This document shows positions 1 through 12,229 of a DNA stretch of 64,000 nucleotides, in pieces. Position 1 is the stretch's first letter, and each line of letters begins with the position of its first letter. The notes under the pieces were generated by a model. The model was not told the origin of the DNA and made no database searches. It saw nothing but the letters and a program-made list of their open reading frames with translations. The position numbers and the translations under genes were made by a program. Origin of the DNA: Lama glama (Eukaryota); the NCBI GenBank assembly GCA_028534125.1, contig CM052834.1, positions 2,542,001 through 2,606,000 on the forward strand, read 5' to 3'.

Positions 1-2039
1 GCTCTTGTGCCCCAGTGACCGCAACAGTGTTTTGGCTCAGTGTTGTTGAGGACCTGGCTCTACCTGCCACTGGCACTTGCTCACCTGCCTGGGGATAGAA
101 CAGGACCCCAGGGAGGCAGGCAACCTTCTGAGCCTCCCCGTCTGTGAGATGCCAGGTGGAAGGGGGCCCTTGGGGTCCAGGGAGAGGAGGCAGGGTGCCC
201 CAGTCTTGCTTTGGATTCACCCGGGCCCCTTGTGGGTCACAGAGCCACTTCCAGCATCCCGCCTGCCCGCCTCAGCCTGCCTCCTCTTGAGCTGGCTTTC
301 CACTTATCTTAATTTATTGATGAAAACTTGTTTTACGGTCCAGAGCACAGACAGCAGCAGTTCGCTGCCAAAAGAAGCATGCCCGCAAGTCCAGGAAGCA
401 AGCTGCCTCCCGGAGATGGGCGGCTGGGGACCGGGCGGCGGAGGGAGTAATGCTCGTCTGGTGGGCCACCTTCTGGATGCAGGAGTGGGGCTGGGGGCTG
501 GGGGCAGCCGGGCTCCGGGCTGGGCAGGACCCCCGCCCACTGCTGGCCCCTGGCTTACAGCTACTCTGCCCGCCCTCAGTCATCTGGATGGATGAGGACC
601 GCGGGCCGTAAATGCTAATAACAATGCCCGCTTATGGCTTTGTGAAGGCGCCGTGCGGGGAAGTTTATTTTCCTGAATCTCATTCAGTCCCAACTGCAGC
701 TCTGTGCATGTGGGAGGAACTGTGAATCTTCCATTTGAAAAACAACCACTGGAAAGTCGTTGTCCAAGACTCCCCCCCCCCCCCCGCCGGCTGGTGAACT
801 TGAACCGAGGCCAGAGTGGTCCGCAGCCCTCCCCACCCAGACCTCACACTGGGCCTGTGTTGTTCTACGTCCAGGCAGCTTTTCCCGCCCGGTCTCGCTG
901 GTCCAGTTGAGCAGGGGCCCGTCTCCTGCTCCTGTGCGGCGTGGCCAGCACGGTGCCCGGCTCAGGGCAGGTTCTGGGGCAGCTGCGGGGAGACTGGGCG
1001 GAAGGTGCCTGGAAGTCACCAACCAGGCCTCCTCATGGCTCCTCTCTAAGGGGTGGACCGTCTCAGAGTCGCTTCTGGGAGCTCCTCGGAGACGCCGTGC
1101 CCTGGTGGGTCAGAGAGGGTGTTCTCGTCCCACAGGGTGGTGACAGGCCTTTGCGGGGTCGGCCGCAGCGGCTTTTCTGTAAAGTGGGGTAGCGGCCCCT
1201 CAGGGAGCCGTTGGGACGGAGTGATGGGCTGCTCTACAAGCTCCTTTGTGGAAATAGAGGCCCCAAAAGAAGGCCCCCTGAGCTGCAAACTCGTTTATTC
1301 TGTTCCTTCCTGCTTCCTCGTGCAGAGGAATGGCCAACAATTGTCTCAGCGCTGGTAAAATCAGTGGAGTAGGTAGCCTGCCTGGGCTGGACTTCCCCCC
1401 GCCTCCTCCCGCTGGACACGCGTGCACCCCGGGTGCACCCCCAGCCACGTGTTCACCCCGCTGCGCCTTCCAGCGGGGCCTGGGCGGTGTCCTGGGTCCC
1501 TGCCCTCTCTCCCACCTCGCTCAACTCAGACTGGGCTAGAAAGTTGTGGAGAATGTTTAGTGAAGTGAAGTTGGTTTTTTTTTTTTTAAGGTCTGTACAA
1601 GGCACAGAAAAAGGCTTCAGTCATAGGATCTGCATTCACATTAAACTGGATTTAAATCCTAGGTCTGCCAGCTCCACATGTGAGCTCAGACGAGATGCTT
1701 AACCTCTGATCATAGTTTTCTGATTGGCAGAGTGGGAAGAAGTAATAGGAGCTACTTTTCAGGTTTTTGTGGAAAGGGGCTGACACCAGTCTTGGCGTGG
1801 CTTAGGGGTCAGTAAATGCTGGCTTCCCCTTCAGCGTTCTTACCATCATCATCGTCACCGCCCCATCGGCACCGCCGCCACCCCAGCTCTCCCCGCCCTC
1901 CTCACCCACAAGCGGGCTCCCAGGCCACAGAGCAGAGGCCGCACTTCCGACCTCCGAGGTGGCGAGCCTTCCCTCTTCCAAGCGTGGATTTGTCCATGAC
2001 CCCTTTCCGATGGATTTGGGATGACCTAGGTCTAAGCAG

Positions 2040-2235
2040 AGGGGCCTGGTGGGTCAGAACATGGTTTCTGGAGCCAGATTTCCTGGGTTCCGTCGCCACT
2101 GAACCCCTTCGTGCCTTCATCCTCCCATCCCATCTCCCTCCCGTAAAACGGGGAGGATGAAAATGACCCCCTCTGTCCCCGCCGTTGGGTTGGGAGGCCT
2201 AAGTGGGGCAGAAGGGGCAAAGCACTGAGAACCAT
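2040..2235. mobile_element. MIR SINE
   Basis: tctggagccagatttcctgggttc...cgtaaaacggggaggatga...aaagcactgagaac. Confidence 0.55.
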
Positions 2236-5200
2236 GGGCACGTGGTCGAGTCCCCAGCAGCCCAGCCTCGGGGAGGGAAGGCAGGGAAGGCACCGGGGCG
2301 GGTGGGGGCATGACCCTCCCTGAACAAGTTCTGTGACCTTGGGTGCGCTCGCCTGCCAGACTGCAGACCGGTAGCTTTCAGTAAAGTGATCGGAACCGCA
2401 GTGGACACGTGGAAGGGTGAGGGTGAGCCGGGGTCTCCCATTCTACCAGGGAGACAGACAGCAGAACTGTTGTGGGTTGGGGCGAGGAGAGATCTCAGGC
2501 TGTCCCATCAGTGGTGCAGAGACATCTCTGGCAGAGGGACCTGAACTTAACCAGCCTGTGTCCCCCACAGAGCATGTCAGAATGCCAAATCCTGGCGTGG
2601 GTGGACACGGCTCCCGGCTGACAGTATAAATAATCAGGCTGTGGGCATAGCATCCCTGGAGAGAAGACCAATCCTGTGTTGGCCATGCATGAGGCTGATT
2701 GCAAAAGTGTGTGTGGGTGGCTGTCCTGGGGCCAGAGATGGATCTGCTTGTCAGTCACGGTCCTTCCCGACACCTGTACATGTAATTAGAGGATATTATC
2801 TGCTGAACTTGAGCCGCGGAGGACCCGTCCTCATCACAGTATTAACGGGCCTCCATCCTGTTGATGGACGGAACCGAGGAAGCCCCACTGGGGTAGAGGT
2901 GCCCAGAAACGGACAGATTTTCACTCTTTGACTTTTCCTCCCCCCGGTCAGTGATGGGGGCGCCTTTCCTCAAACAGGGAGAAGGGTCCCCACCCCTCCC
3001 ATTCTGTAGGATGAGTTATCATCTCCCAGATCATTTGAGCTCTTTGCCAGAAAGATGTGAAGTGAATTCAAGGTATCCCCTGCATTTTGCAAGGAGTTTG
3101 AATAATAGCCCTGGACCTCGTACAGTATTTATATTCCGGGGAGCACAGCGCTCGGCAGGCATAATCCTAGTCATCCTCTCCGTGTCCCTGAGCTCTGGGG
3201 AGGTGCTCTTCCTCCCTCTGTCTTTTAGCAGAGACACATCCCAGGAAGGCCAAGTAGTCAGGGCCTCTTGGTGTGTGGCCGTCCCTGGGGCTCCACATCC
3301 TGAGCTGCAGGCTGCTGACAGTTCTGCTTTCTCAAGGAAGCCCAGGTGGCCCCAGTTTCAACGTGAACCTTGAAGGTGGGTTTCTTAAACCCATCCCTGC
3401 CTCCTGCGGCAGCCCTGGCTTCTCGTATTACCCTGTGCTTTGACGCGCTCAGAAATGCCTCTCTCCCCAGATGCACGAAATAAAACAAGAGCAGGAAGGA
3501 AAAAAAATATGCTGGTGATGGGAAAATCCTTTCTCCAGACTCCTCTGACAAGCTATTCTGAGTGAGTCCTTTGGTGCTTTCCCTCCCAATTTACCGTGAC
3601 CTTGGGCGTTCAGACAGGCCTCGCCATGCCGTGGTCCCAGGCTGTCTCTCCATGCTCCTTCCCGGGCCCAGAGCTCAGGCAGCCATTGCACTTGCGGTGC
3701 AGGTGATGAGGGCCATGTGCACACCCCCCCCCAGCACAGAGAGCCCCCTTCCTGTGCTGGCACCTGCCAGGCTTTTCACTGGGCTTGGGTGGCCTGAAGC
3801 TCCAAGCTGTTTCCTGTTGTGTTGACAAGTTCTGGAGTTGGGGTCCCCCTCCCTCCACTCTCCCAGGAAAGGGCCATCCTGCCCCTCGCTTGGGAAACAG
3901 AAACCTCCAGCAGAGGCCAGGACAACGGAGGGTGTCCTCTGTCTTGATAGCTCTTCCCTCGAGCCTACCCCCTGCCGTGTTAGCCGACTTTGTCTCCTGC
4001 ATTCCGAGCGGGGGTGGAGGACCCCCCCGGGTGCTGGGTGCTCGCCAGAGATGAGCAGAGGCTCGCCATCTGGGGTTCAGTCCTCCTGGCGCGAGCTTGG
4101 GAACGCTGGGTTACAGGTGCTTCCCAAGTTTCCCTTCTCCCCTGCACCCACCCCGACCGCACTCTGGCCAGAGTGGGAAGAAAGGGCAGCTTTGCCACCC
4201 CTGGGGGCCCTCCCAGAAGGGCCGTGGTAGTGGCATGGCTCAGTGTGTACAGACTGAGTGACCACGCCCCCTGCACAGGACTGGCAGGTGCTTGTATCAC
4301 CCGCTGCTCCTTGGTGTCCTAACCACACCTCACTCTGTGGTCCTTCGGGGCCTGTTCCTTGGGTTCCGTCCCTTCCAGCAGCCTCTGTCCCACTTCGGGA
4401 CTCCCCGGGGGCTCTGAGCCGGTCCTTGCGTCCTTTAACATTTCCCCACCGAGTGAGCAGACCGGCAGTCAGTCTGGAAGGTGGTGGGGTCGGGGTGTGC
4501 TGGCACCTGAGAAAGTAGAAGTGGGCCCTGCTGTCAGATTGGAGGAGTCCAGAGGGGCCGGAAACCTGGGTGCAGGTGGAGGTGGGCGAGGTGAGCACGT
4601 TGCTCTGCAGGCCTTTCTCCCAGACAGAGGAAGGGTGTGGAGACCAGCGTTCTAAGGGGGCCGTGTAGGTAGAGCAGCAGGCAGGCCGCCCCCGCCCTGG
4701 TTCTAGTCCTTGCCCCTTGCTCCCTGGGCAGCAGCTGTCCGGGCGGCTGCGCCTGCTCTCAGCACCCCTGCCCTGGCCTTTGAAGCCCTGGGACAGATGC
4801 AGACTCTCCCCACCCCAGGGCTTGCCCCCTGCAGTCCCACAGATGCCTCGGTCGGAGTGAGCTCCTGGGCAGGGCAGATGCACTCCACACCAAGGCCAGG
4901 CAGGGAAGCACGAACAGATGGGCAGTGTTTCAGCAAAGCCACCTCCCCCTTTCCCCCACCGGGGTCAGAGAACACCAAGCACTTTGTGCAGTTATCTGGG
5001 GCCAGGGCCGCGGTGCCTGGGCTCTTACTACCCCGACCCACCCCTGGGGCCTTAACCCGCTGCGGGGAGGACGGGCTGACCTCAGAGGTCTCCTCCATCA
5101 TGACTCTTTCGTCTCTGGCGCTTCTTAAGAGTCTTAGTCAGCAAGAGGTGTTGTGGCAAGACCCCCTCTCAACTGTGGGATGTTCCAGTGACTTGAGGCA

Positions 5201-5599
5201 GTGGTCCCTGTGTTCCTAATGACCCTAAGCAGAGTTCGCTGGAGAGAAGTGGACTCTGGGGACGTGCAACTTAAAGGCTTTGTTAACCTCAGAGACTCAC
5301 AGCTCCCCAGCGCAGCATCCCCGCAGTTTGGCCGTGTTTAAGTGCTCTCCCCTAGAACCATCTTAGCTAGGAAATAACCTCATTATGCAATAATCAAAAT
5401 GTAACTGGGTTTTAGATATGCAAATGCTTTATGTAATGTTTATTTGGAGGAAAATTTGGCTCAGAAATATGGGTGTGATCTCCCTGTCACCTGTGCAAGC
5501 TAGTGATGTTGGGGGCTGTGAAGTTGTGAAGAAATTAGAAGCTTTGAGGGAAAGTGAAGGGTCGAAAAAAGAATGGCCAAGGAATCATACTGTTTGGTT

Positions 5600-6060
5600 T
5601 TTCATTATGCACAAGCTCAGTGTGAACCATGACTGTGCTGTGGCTGCCAGCCAAGCCAGGGGCGGCTTGGGCTGGGTTACCAGAAGTATAGAGCTCAGAA
5701 TGGAGGAGGGGAGAGTGGCGTCTTTGCACACTGCACTGTCCTTGCAGGGCTGGAGGCTAACTTTCAGTGGTGGAGGGTGGCTCAGAGATGAAAGCCCTTA
5801 AAGCCCTTTCCTGGGCCGGGGGAAGTTGGGGAAGGGCGCTGTTAGGTCCGGGACTTCAGGCGCATAAAGGCCTGCGCACGCTCCTCCTCAGCGGGTTGCT
5901 TGGGCAGAACCAGGACTAATGCCCATTAGCCACAAGGAAGCTGGCTCCTGAGTTAATGAGGAAGCACTCTTGGTCAGTTAGAGTTGTGCCAAAAGGAGTG
6001 GAGGGTGTTGCTGGCTGGTGAGCACTGGGACTCCAAGGGGCTTAAGCAGAGGCTGGACCC
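5600..6060. mobile_element. CR1/L3-like fragment
   Basis: aagctcagtgtgaacc...tgtggctgcc...ttgggctg...agaagtatag. Confidence 0.4.
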
Positions 6061-8005
6061 CTGGGGCCAGGCTCAGGTACACAGAGGCGCCTCCTCACTG
6101 GGGCCCCACCCCCTCCGTGCCCTGATCCTCCTGCCTGCTGGGTGGCTTTGGCGAAGGTGTCTCTGTGACTTTGTCCCCTCCTTGCAGAAGTGGAAGCACT
6201 GCCCAGCTGCTCCTGCCTCCCTCTGTGGCCGTGAGTGAAGCTGCAGGCCCCTTGGAGGCCAGGGCAGCTGAAACACAAAGTAGCCACCCCGCTCGTGGCG
6301 CAGACACAGTGCCCCTCTCCCAGTGATGGAGTCCCCGGCAGCCGGCTTCTCCCGGGGCCGGCAGGATCATTACCAGCCCATACATGGGCCGTGGAATTTA
6401 AGTCGTTTTGGTTTTCTCTTTTATTCTCCACATCCACTAATTTATTAAATGCCGTTAAATGCTGGTGCTTGGCCCTGGCTTGTGGAGCACAGGGTGTGGG
6501 GGTGAATGTTTGAAGGGCCTCTGCAAAGCCAAGGGGGCGGGAGGGTGCAGGGGCTGGGTTGAGGGCCTCTGCAGAGACACCGAGGCAGCGGGCATGAAAA
6601 CAGTTGGGGTGTGCTGAGCTGTGGGGGGCTAGAGCAGGCTGAGCAGGTGACTTACAGGCACGGGCGAGGGGCTGCAGGTGAGCTGGGGGTAAACTGGCAC
6701 TGGTGGGGGTGAGGGGCTGCAGGGCTTCGTTTTCAGGCAGGTTTATGTGTCTGGGTCTGGTGCTGTTCCCAGGCCCTCCCATCCATCCTTCCATCTATCC
6801 GTGGAACAAATATTTATGTAGTCTCCAGGCATGATCTGGGGGTGGCATAGAAACAGCTGAGACATGAACCTGGCCTGGGGCGCTGGGGTATTAGTGCGGG
6901 TGGGCAGCGTGTCTGCACAAAGGGCTGGGCGGGGATGTGCTGCCCTGGGTCCAGCTCTGGCACAGGAGGTGACCCCAGGCAGGGCCGTCCTGCACGCAGG
7001 AGAAATGGCTGCAACTGTGAGGGGTCACGGGCAGTGGCTGTGCCGGAGCCCTAAGCAAGCGGCGGCGGGAGCTCAGGAGGGAGGTGGGTTCAGGGGGCTT
7101 CACCCCCACAGAACTGGGATGCTGCATAAAAAATACATAAGGACACATGGCAGAAACTATATTAAACTATATTAAAATTATAAATCAATATGGTTCCAAC
7201 TGAAGATCGGGAACATGCCATGGGGTGTTGGCTAATTACAGCAGACTTTATAAATGAGGCCATAGCCTGCCGGCCTCACTCTGCCTGCTGGGCATCTGCA
7301 GGATGGGCCCAGGGTGACGAGGAATCCTGATGCCGAGACTCTGAAGGGGCTGTACCTTCTCCCTTCTGCGGGGTCAGTAGAGGGCCCAAATGGGAGAGCC
7401 TGGAGGAGGGGGACCCACTGGCATTTGCCAAGGGGAGGTGCTGTTCTAGGCCCTGGGGATTTAGTAACAGACAAAACAGACCCAAACCTTGGCCCCTGGA
7501 AGGAGCAAGGCAGGGCAAGCCAAGGGTGGAACTTGTTAGCTCCTATCTGGACTTGGGCTCCTTTGGAGCCTGAGTGGGAAATACTTAGAAGTGCCCTTGG
7601 GTGGGGGCAGGGCAGGGACAGGAGGCTTAGTGGCCAGGGTGGCCCCTAGACCTGCCCCCGCTTGGAGAGGGCCTCCGACCAGGCCCGGAGGCCGCAAGGT
7701 GGCTGGTCCCCGTCCCCTGAGTCACCCGCCTCACCCCGGAGTTCCCTCCTGCACTGGGCTTGAATCTGGCCTGCTGTCTCAGCCGAGACGAGCCTCTGCT
7801 TTTGGAAGGGCATTTTCCCAAATGCCACCCGCTAGGCTCTCCAGCTCCGGGCTGTGTCACTGCAGGCCCTGCCCGCTCCCTGTGTTCCCTCCTCCCGTCC
7901 AGCCTCGCCCTCCCCGCCCCTCGCCCCTGCGCAGCCTTCAGAGGTGGCTTCCTGTGGTCCTGCCCTCCTGCCCAGCAAACCCTTTCTTCTGTCAACCCCT
8001 CCCTC

Positions 8006-8083
8006 CTGCCCTGCCCTGGCCCTCAGCCCCTGGACTGCCCTGCCCTGGCCCTCAGCCCCTGGACTGCCCCGCCCTGGCCCTCA
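8006..8083. repeat. 29-bp tandem repeat, about 2.7 copies
   Basis: Unit ctgccctgccctggccctcagcccctgga. Confidence 0.9.
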
Positions 8084-9305
8084 CCTCGTGTGTGTGTGTC
8101 ATCCCTCTCAGAGCCCGGGTGCTGCCCGCCCCTGGAGGACCACCGCAGATCCTCTGTCTGGTGGCCGTCTTGTCCGGGAGGCCATAGCCAAAGGGTGGAC
8201 ACCTGGCCCAGGTGCGGGGCCCGGGCAGGGATTCTCAACCTCTTGGCATTTGGGGCAGAAGGTTCTGTGTGGTGGGGGCTGCCCCAGGCCCTTTCGGATG
8301 CCTAGCAGCATGCCGGGCCTTGGCCCACTAAGATGCCAGCAGCTCCTCCTCCCCAAATTTGTGACCACAAAACCGCCTTCAGACGCAGCCGGCCATCCCT
8401 GGGAGTAAAGTCACTCTGGTTGTACCACTGGGCTTGGGGAGAGACCAGTGCATCTCAGGCTTGGGGCCTGAGAAATTCTCTAGTCCAAATGCCACATTTT
8501 AAAGGAAATTGGGCCTCAGAGAGGGAGCGTCTCGGTGTCACACTGGGGAGCAGTGTAATGGAGGAGGTGTTGTAGAAAAAGGGTTCAGGCAGCTCTCTGC
8601 AGGCTGGGCTGAGAAACAGAGGCCAGAGGCTGGCAGGGGTGCGTGGCCAGGACCTGGGCGTGGGGCTCAGGCATTGGCATTGGCCTGGCACCTCTCACCT
8701 GTCAGGGGCTCAGTGTGCACTCATGGTCTCCTTAGTGCGGTGGTGTCACCGGGGTTCTGCACCAAAAGCCAGGAGGCCAGGTCCTGGGCCCGGCGTGGTG
8801 GTATGATGGCCACTCAGTGTCCTAATCTGTGAACTTAGGGCCCAAGGACTCTGCTGGTTCTGAGTCAGAGATGGGAGCAGGGGTCCATCCACTTCAGCAG
8901 GAGGATATGCGGTGAGCAGGGCTCCTCGTTGCCTGCAGGGCCTCGTTCACTCAGCGGCAGCCTTGCGGGGGTGGGGCTGGGCGTGCAGCTTGGAGAGGAC
9001 AGCTGGGGAATTTGGGTCCAGGCTGCTGGTGGGGGCAGCAGGCCCTACCTGGGACCTACCCTGGGGCAAGGTGACCTAGGACAGGAAGTGAGGAGGAAGC
9101 AGACGTGGGGCTCGGGGAACAAGCTCTAGGGAGCTGGTACACCAGATCAGAGGTCGGCGAGTGTGAAGTCAGAGATGACCCGCTTCTGGAATTTCTGAGC
9201 TGTGGAGATTTCCCTTGACCTCACAGCCCCTCCCCCAGGAGGGACATGGAGAGAAGAGGCACAAGGCCCCCTCCCAGCGGAAACCGGCCTCGGGGGACAG
9301 TTGAA

Positions 9306-9405
9306 CAGTCACCCCTCAGTATCTGAGGGGCACTGGTTCCAGGAGCCCCTGCAGGTACCCAAGTCCGCAGGTGCTGGAGTCCCTCTTGTGCAAGGGCATG
9401 GTACA
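9306..9405. mobile_element. MER2/Tigger-like terminal fragment
   Basis: cagtcacccctcagtatctgagggg...tggttccaggagccc. Confidence 0.55.
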
Positions 9406-10234
9406 CCTGGCGGTACCCCGAGGACTCCCCCAGGCTGGGGAGGGGCCGGGGGGCTGGTGTTTCCAGCGCAGGGTGGGAGGGCGTCGTGCGGCTGCAGGTG
9501 CCCCAAGGCCAGGCTCCTTATCTGTAGCGGGTGACGAGGCAGCAGTGGGGTCTCCTCTTATTCATTCCAGGGTCTAGCGTTTACAGCCATCCATCCTCAG
9601 CATGGAGAGCATGAATTTCCATGGTGTGATTAATGAAAGAAAAATTGAGCCAGCAGCATAGAAACTGACCAGATTGAAGGGAGTTGGTGACAAGTTGGAC
9701 AGGTCTTTGTGCCTCTCTGCAAACCCAGAGCTCCGACCCGGCCTGGGGCGCCACCTGGTGGTTGTGTGGGTGGTGGCGCCCCGTCCTCAGCTGAGCTGGT
9801 TGGATACCCTGTGGGGTGGGTGCTCTGGGTCTGGTGTGCCCACACCCGGGAGCCTTGGCCCCGTCCCCCTGGGGCTGCTGCAGGGCACGGGGCGCAGGCC
9901 TGCTCTCCACAGCGTGGGGACCCAGCACCTGCTCCACTCACCCCACCCCATCTCTGCAGCTCCTGGAACCAGCTGGTGTAGGGACGTGTGGGAATGGCCC
10001 CGCTTCCCGTGCCGTGCCCGGTCTGCGCCACCCTCCGTCTCCTGGTTTATCGAAATCCTCCTCGTGTGCTGAAACCCAGAAAGCCCTTCCAAATGCCCCT
10101 GGAACTGGACCACCTCTCAGCACTCCTGCATGGCCAGCTGCTGGAGATGGCCACCAGCCCCATCTAGTCACCTGGTCGCTGCAGTGGCTTCCTGGTTGCT
10201 CACGCACCTCCCCCTTTGCCCTCTGATGGACTGT

Positions 10235-10735
10235 TCTCCGAACAGCAGCCAGAGTGACCTATTGAAACCATAGGTCAGCTCACTGTCCTGCTACTGGCTT
10301 CCCATCCCACCGAGAACACCATTTTCTTTCCTGATGCCTATGAGGTCCCGCCTGCTGGTCACCACTGTCACCTCCAGCTCCCCTGGCTGGCCAAGCACAC
10401 TCCTACCCCAGGGCTTTTGCACTTGCTGTTTTCTCTAGAACGTCCTTCTCCCATTATTTACGTGGCTCACTTTCCCTCTCGCAGGTCCCTCCTCAAATCC
10501 CGCCTTTCTGACCTGACCCCCACCCCCCGCCCTCAGTTACTTTCTGACTCCTTCTTATCCTTATTTTTCTTCACAGCCCCTGAGGTTCTGCTGTGTGTGT
10601 GCTTTATATGATGCCTGTGTCCCCTGCACGAGTCCCCTCTTCCCGAGGGCAGGGCTTTGCCCCCGTCTCCCCCGCGCTCAGGGCAGGGCCTGGCTTTACT
10701 GAGGAAGTGCTCCGTGTGGGCTTGTGGACTGAGTG
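10235..10735. mobile_element. L2 fragment
   Basis: cagcagccagagtgacct; cagggcttttgcacttgctgtt. Confidence 0.6.
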
Positions 10736-12037
10736 GGAGAGAAGTGCCATCTCCTTGGGCAGCCGCTGCCTCTGCCTGGCCTTCCCAGCTCTCCGCCAGC
10801 TCGTGGCCACCCAGTCTTCACTGCCTGTCTGTCCTCTCGCTGGAGCTGGGGCAGTGCGAGAGCTGGGGCGGGCTGGGTTCCTGGGAGCCCAGGAAATGCC
10901 TCCCGGAGGGCGGCACACGGCCTTGGCCTTCTCCTCATGTACTCTCTTTACGTTAGATTCTCACCCAGAAGTGGGTCGGGGAGGTGGGTGACAGTATCTC
11001 ACTGTCCCCCTGCCCAAGCCCACCATGCTGAGGGACTGCCTCCTCCTTCTGGCACCTGGACGCTTATGTCATTTATTTGGCGCCAGTGCATACAGCCTGG
11101 GGGGGGGTGCTGCTCCTTCCTTGCTCCCGTCCGGCCCAGCGGAGGCCCCGGGAAGGACAGGGCTCTGACTTGGTCCTTGTTCTGTGTCCAGCACAGATGC
11201 TGCAAGCTGTGTTCAGTAAGTTCTGGGTGACTGATGGACTGGCTCCTTAGACCCAGCGGACTTCCCTGGGCTGCTGGAGGCAGTAGGGGGAACATCAGTT
11301 TACGGGGCGTAAAACAAGGCCACCCGGGAAACAGGAAACTGCAGCTTCCATGGCATTGCAGCCCCCAGGGGCCAAGCAGGAGGGCGGGAGCCGGGCCGAG
11401 CGCCAGCTGCCGGCTGCTGGCTCGCTGGGCTGGAAGGCGGAGGCATGGTGCACCCATGTCCTGCACATCGGCCAGACCCCCAGCCAGGCCAGCGAGCTCT
11501 TTTCTATTTCCATCAGTGTGAAATCTGTTCTTCACGCTCCTGAGGACAGCGGGCAAGTGGCCCTTCTGGTCAGGGCAGCAGGACAGTCGCTGCAAGATCT
11601 GGCTCAGAGGAGCTGGGCTCCGAGTTTCTCTCCCCAACCCCAGAGACGAGCCCTTGCTTACTCTGGTAACCACCGTGCGCCCCCTCCCTGGCTGCCTTCC
11701 TGACTGCCAGGGCCCCCCCTGCCAAGTGGAATAATCATGTGCATCTAGAACCTTCCGTATTTGTTCCACGCTTTCCCGTGTGTTATTTAATTCCATCCTC
11801 ATTGGAGTGACCATAGGAAGTTCGTGAAGCTGCTGTGGTCCATTTGTCAGATGGGGAGGCTGGGACCCAGAGAGGCTGGGGCCTTTGTGTCAGTCACACC
11901 GCAACGTGGTCTGGGCCTGGTTCTACCCTGAGTCTCACGTTTGAGGGTGTGGGGAACAGGGTGGGAGACATGCATTCCAGTTCCGTGGGGACGAGACGAG
12001 GGCCGTGCCGGTCTAACGGGCTTTCCTCTCTCTCCAG

Positions 12038-12229
12038 CTCTGTGGCTGTGGGCTGCTCGGAGTGGGCATTTGGCTCTCCGTGTCCCAAGGCAACTTTGCC
12101 ACCTTCTCCCCCAGCTTTCCCTCGCTGTCTGCAGCCAACCTCGTCATTGCCGTAGGCACCGTCGTCATGGTGACGGGCTTCCTGGGCTGCCTGGGGGCCA
12201 TCAAGGAGAACAGGTGCCTCCTCCTCAGT
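12038..12229 (+). CDS. TSPAN9: TSPAN9 coding exon (TM1 end, EC1, TM2)
   Basis: tctccag|CTC...AGT|gtaagt; 192 nt; LCGCGLLGVGIW...GFLGCLGAIKENRCLLLS. Confidence 0.97.

Noticed and set aside
1422-1438. Palindrome gtgcaccc-c-gggtgcac
   Set aside because: It is too short to distinguish from chance.
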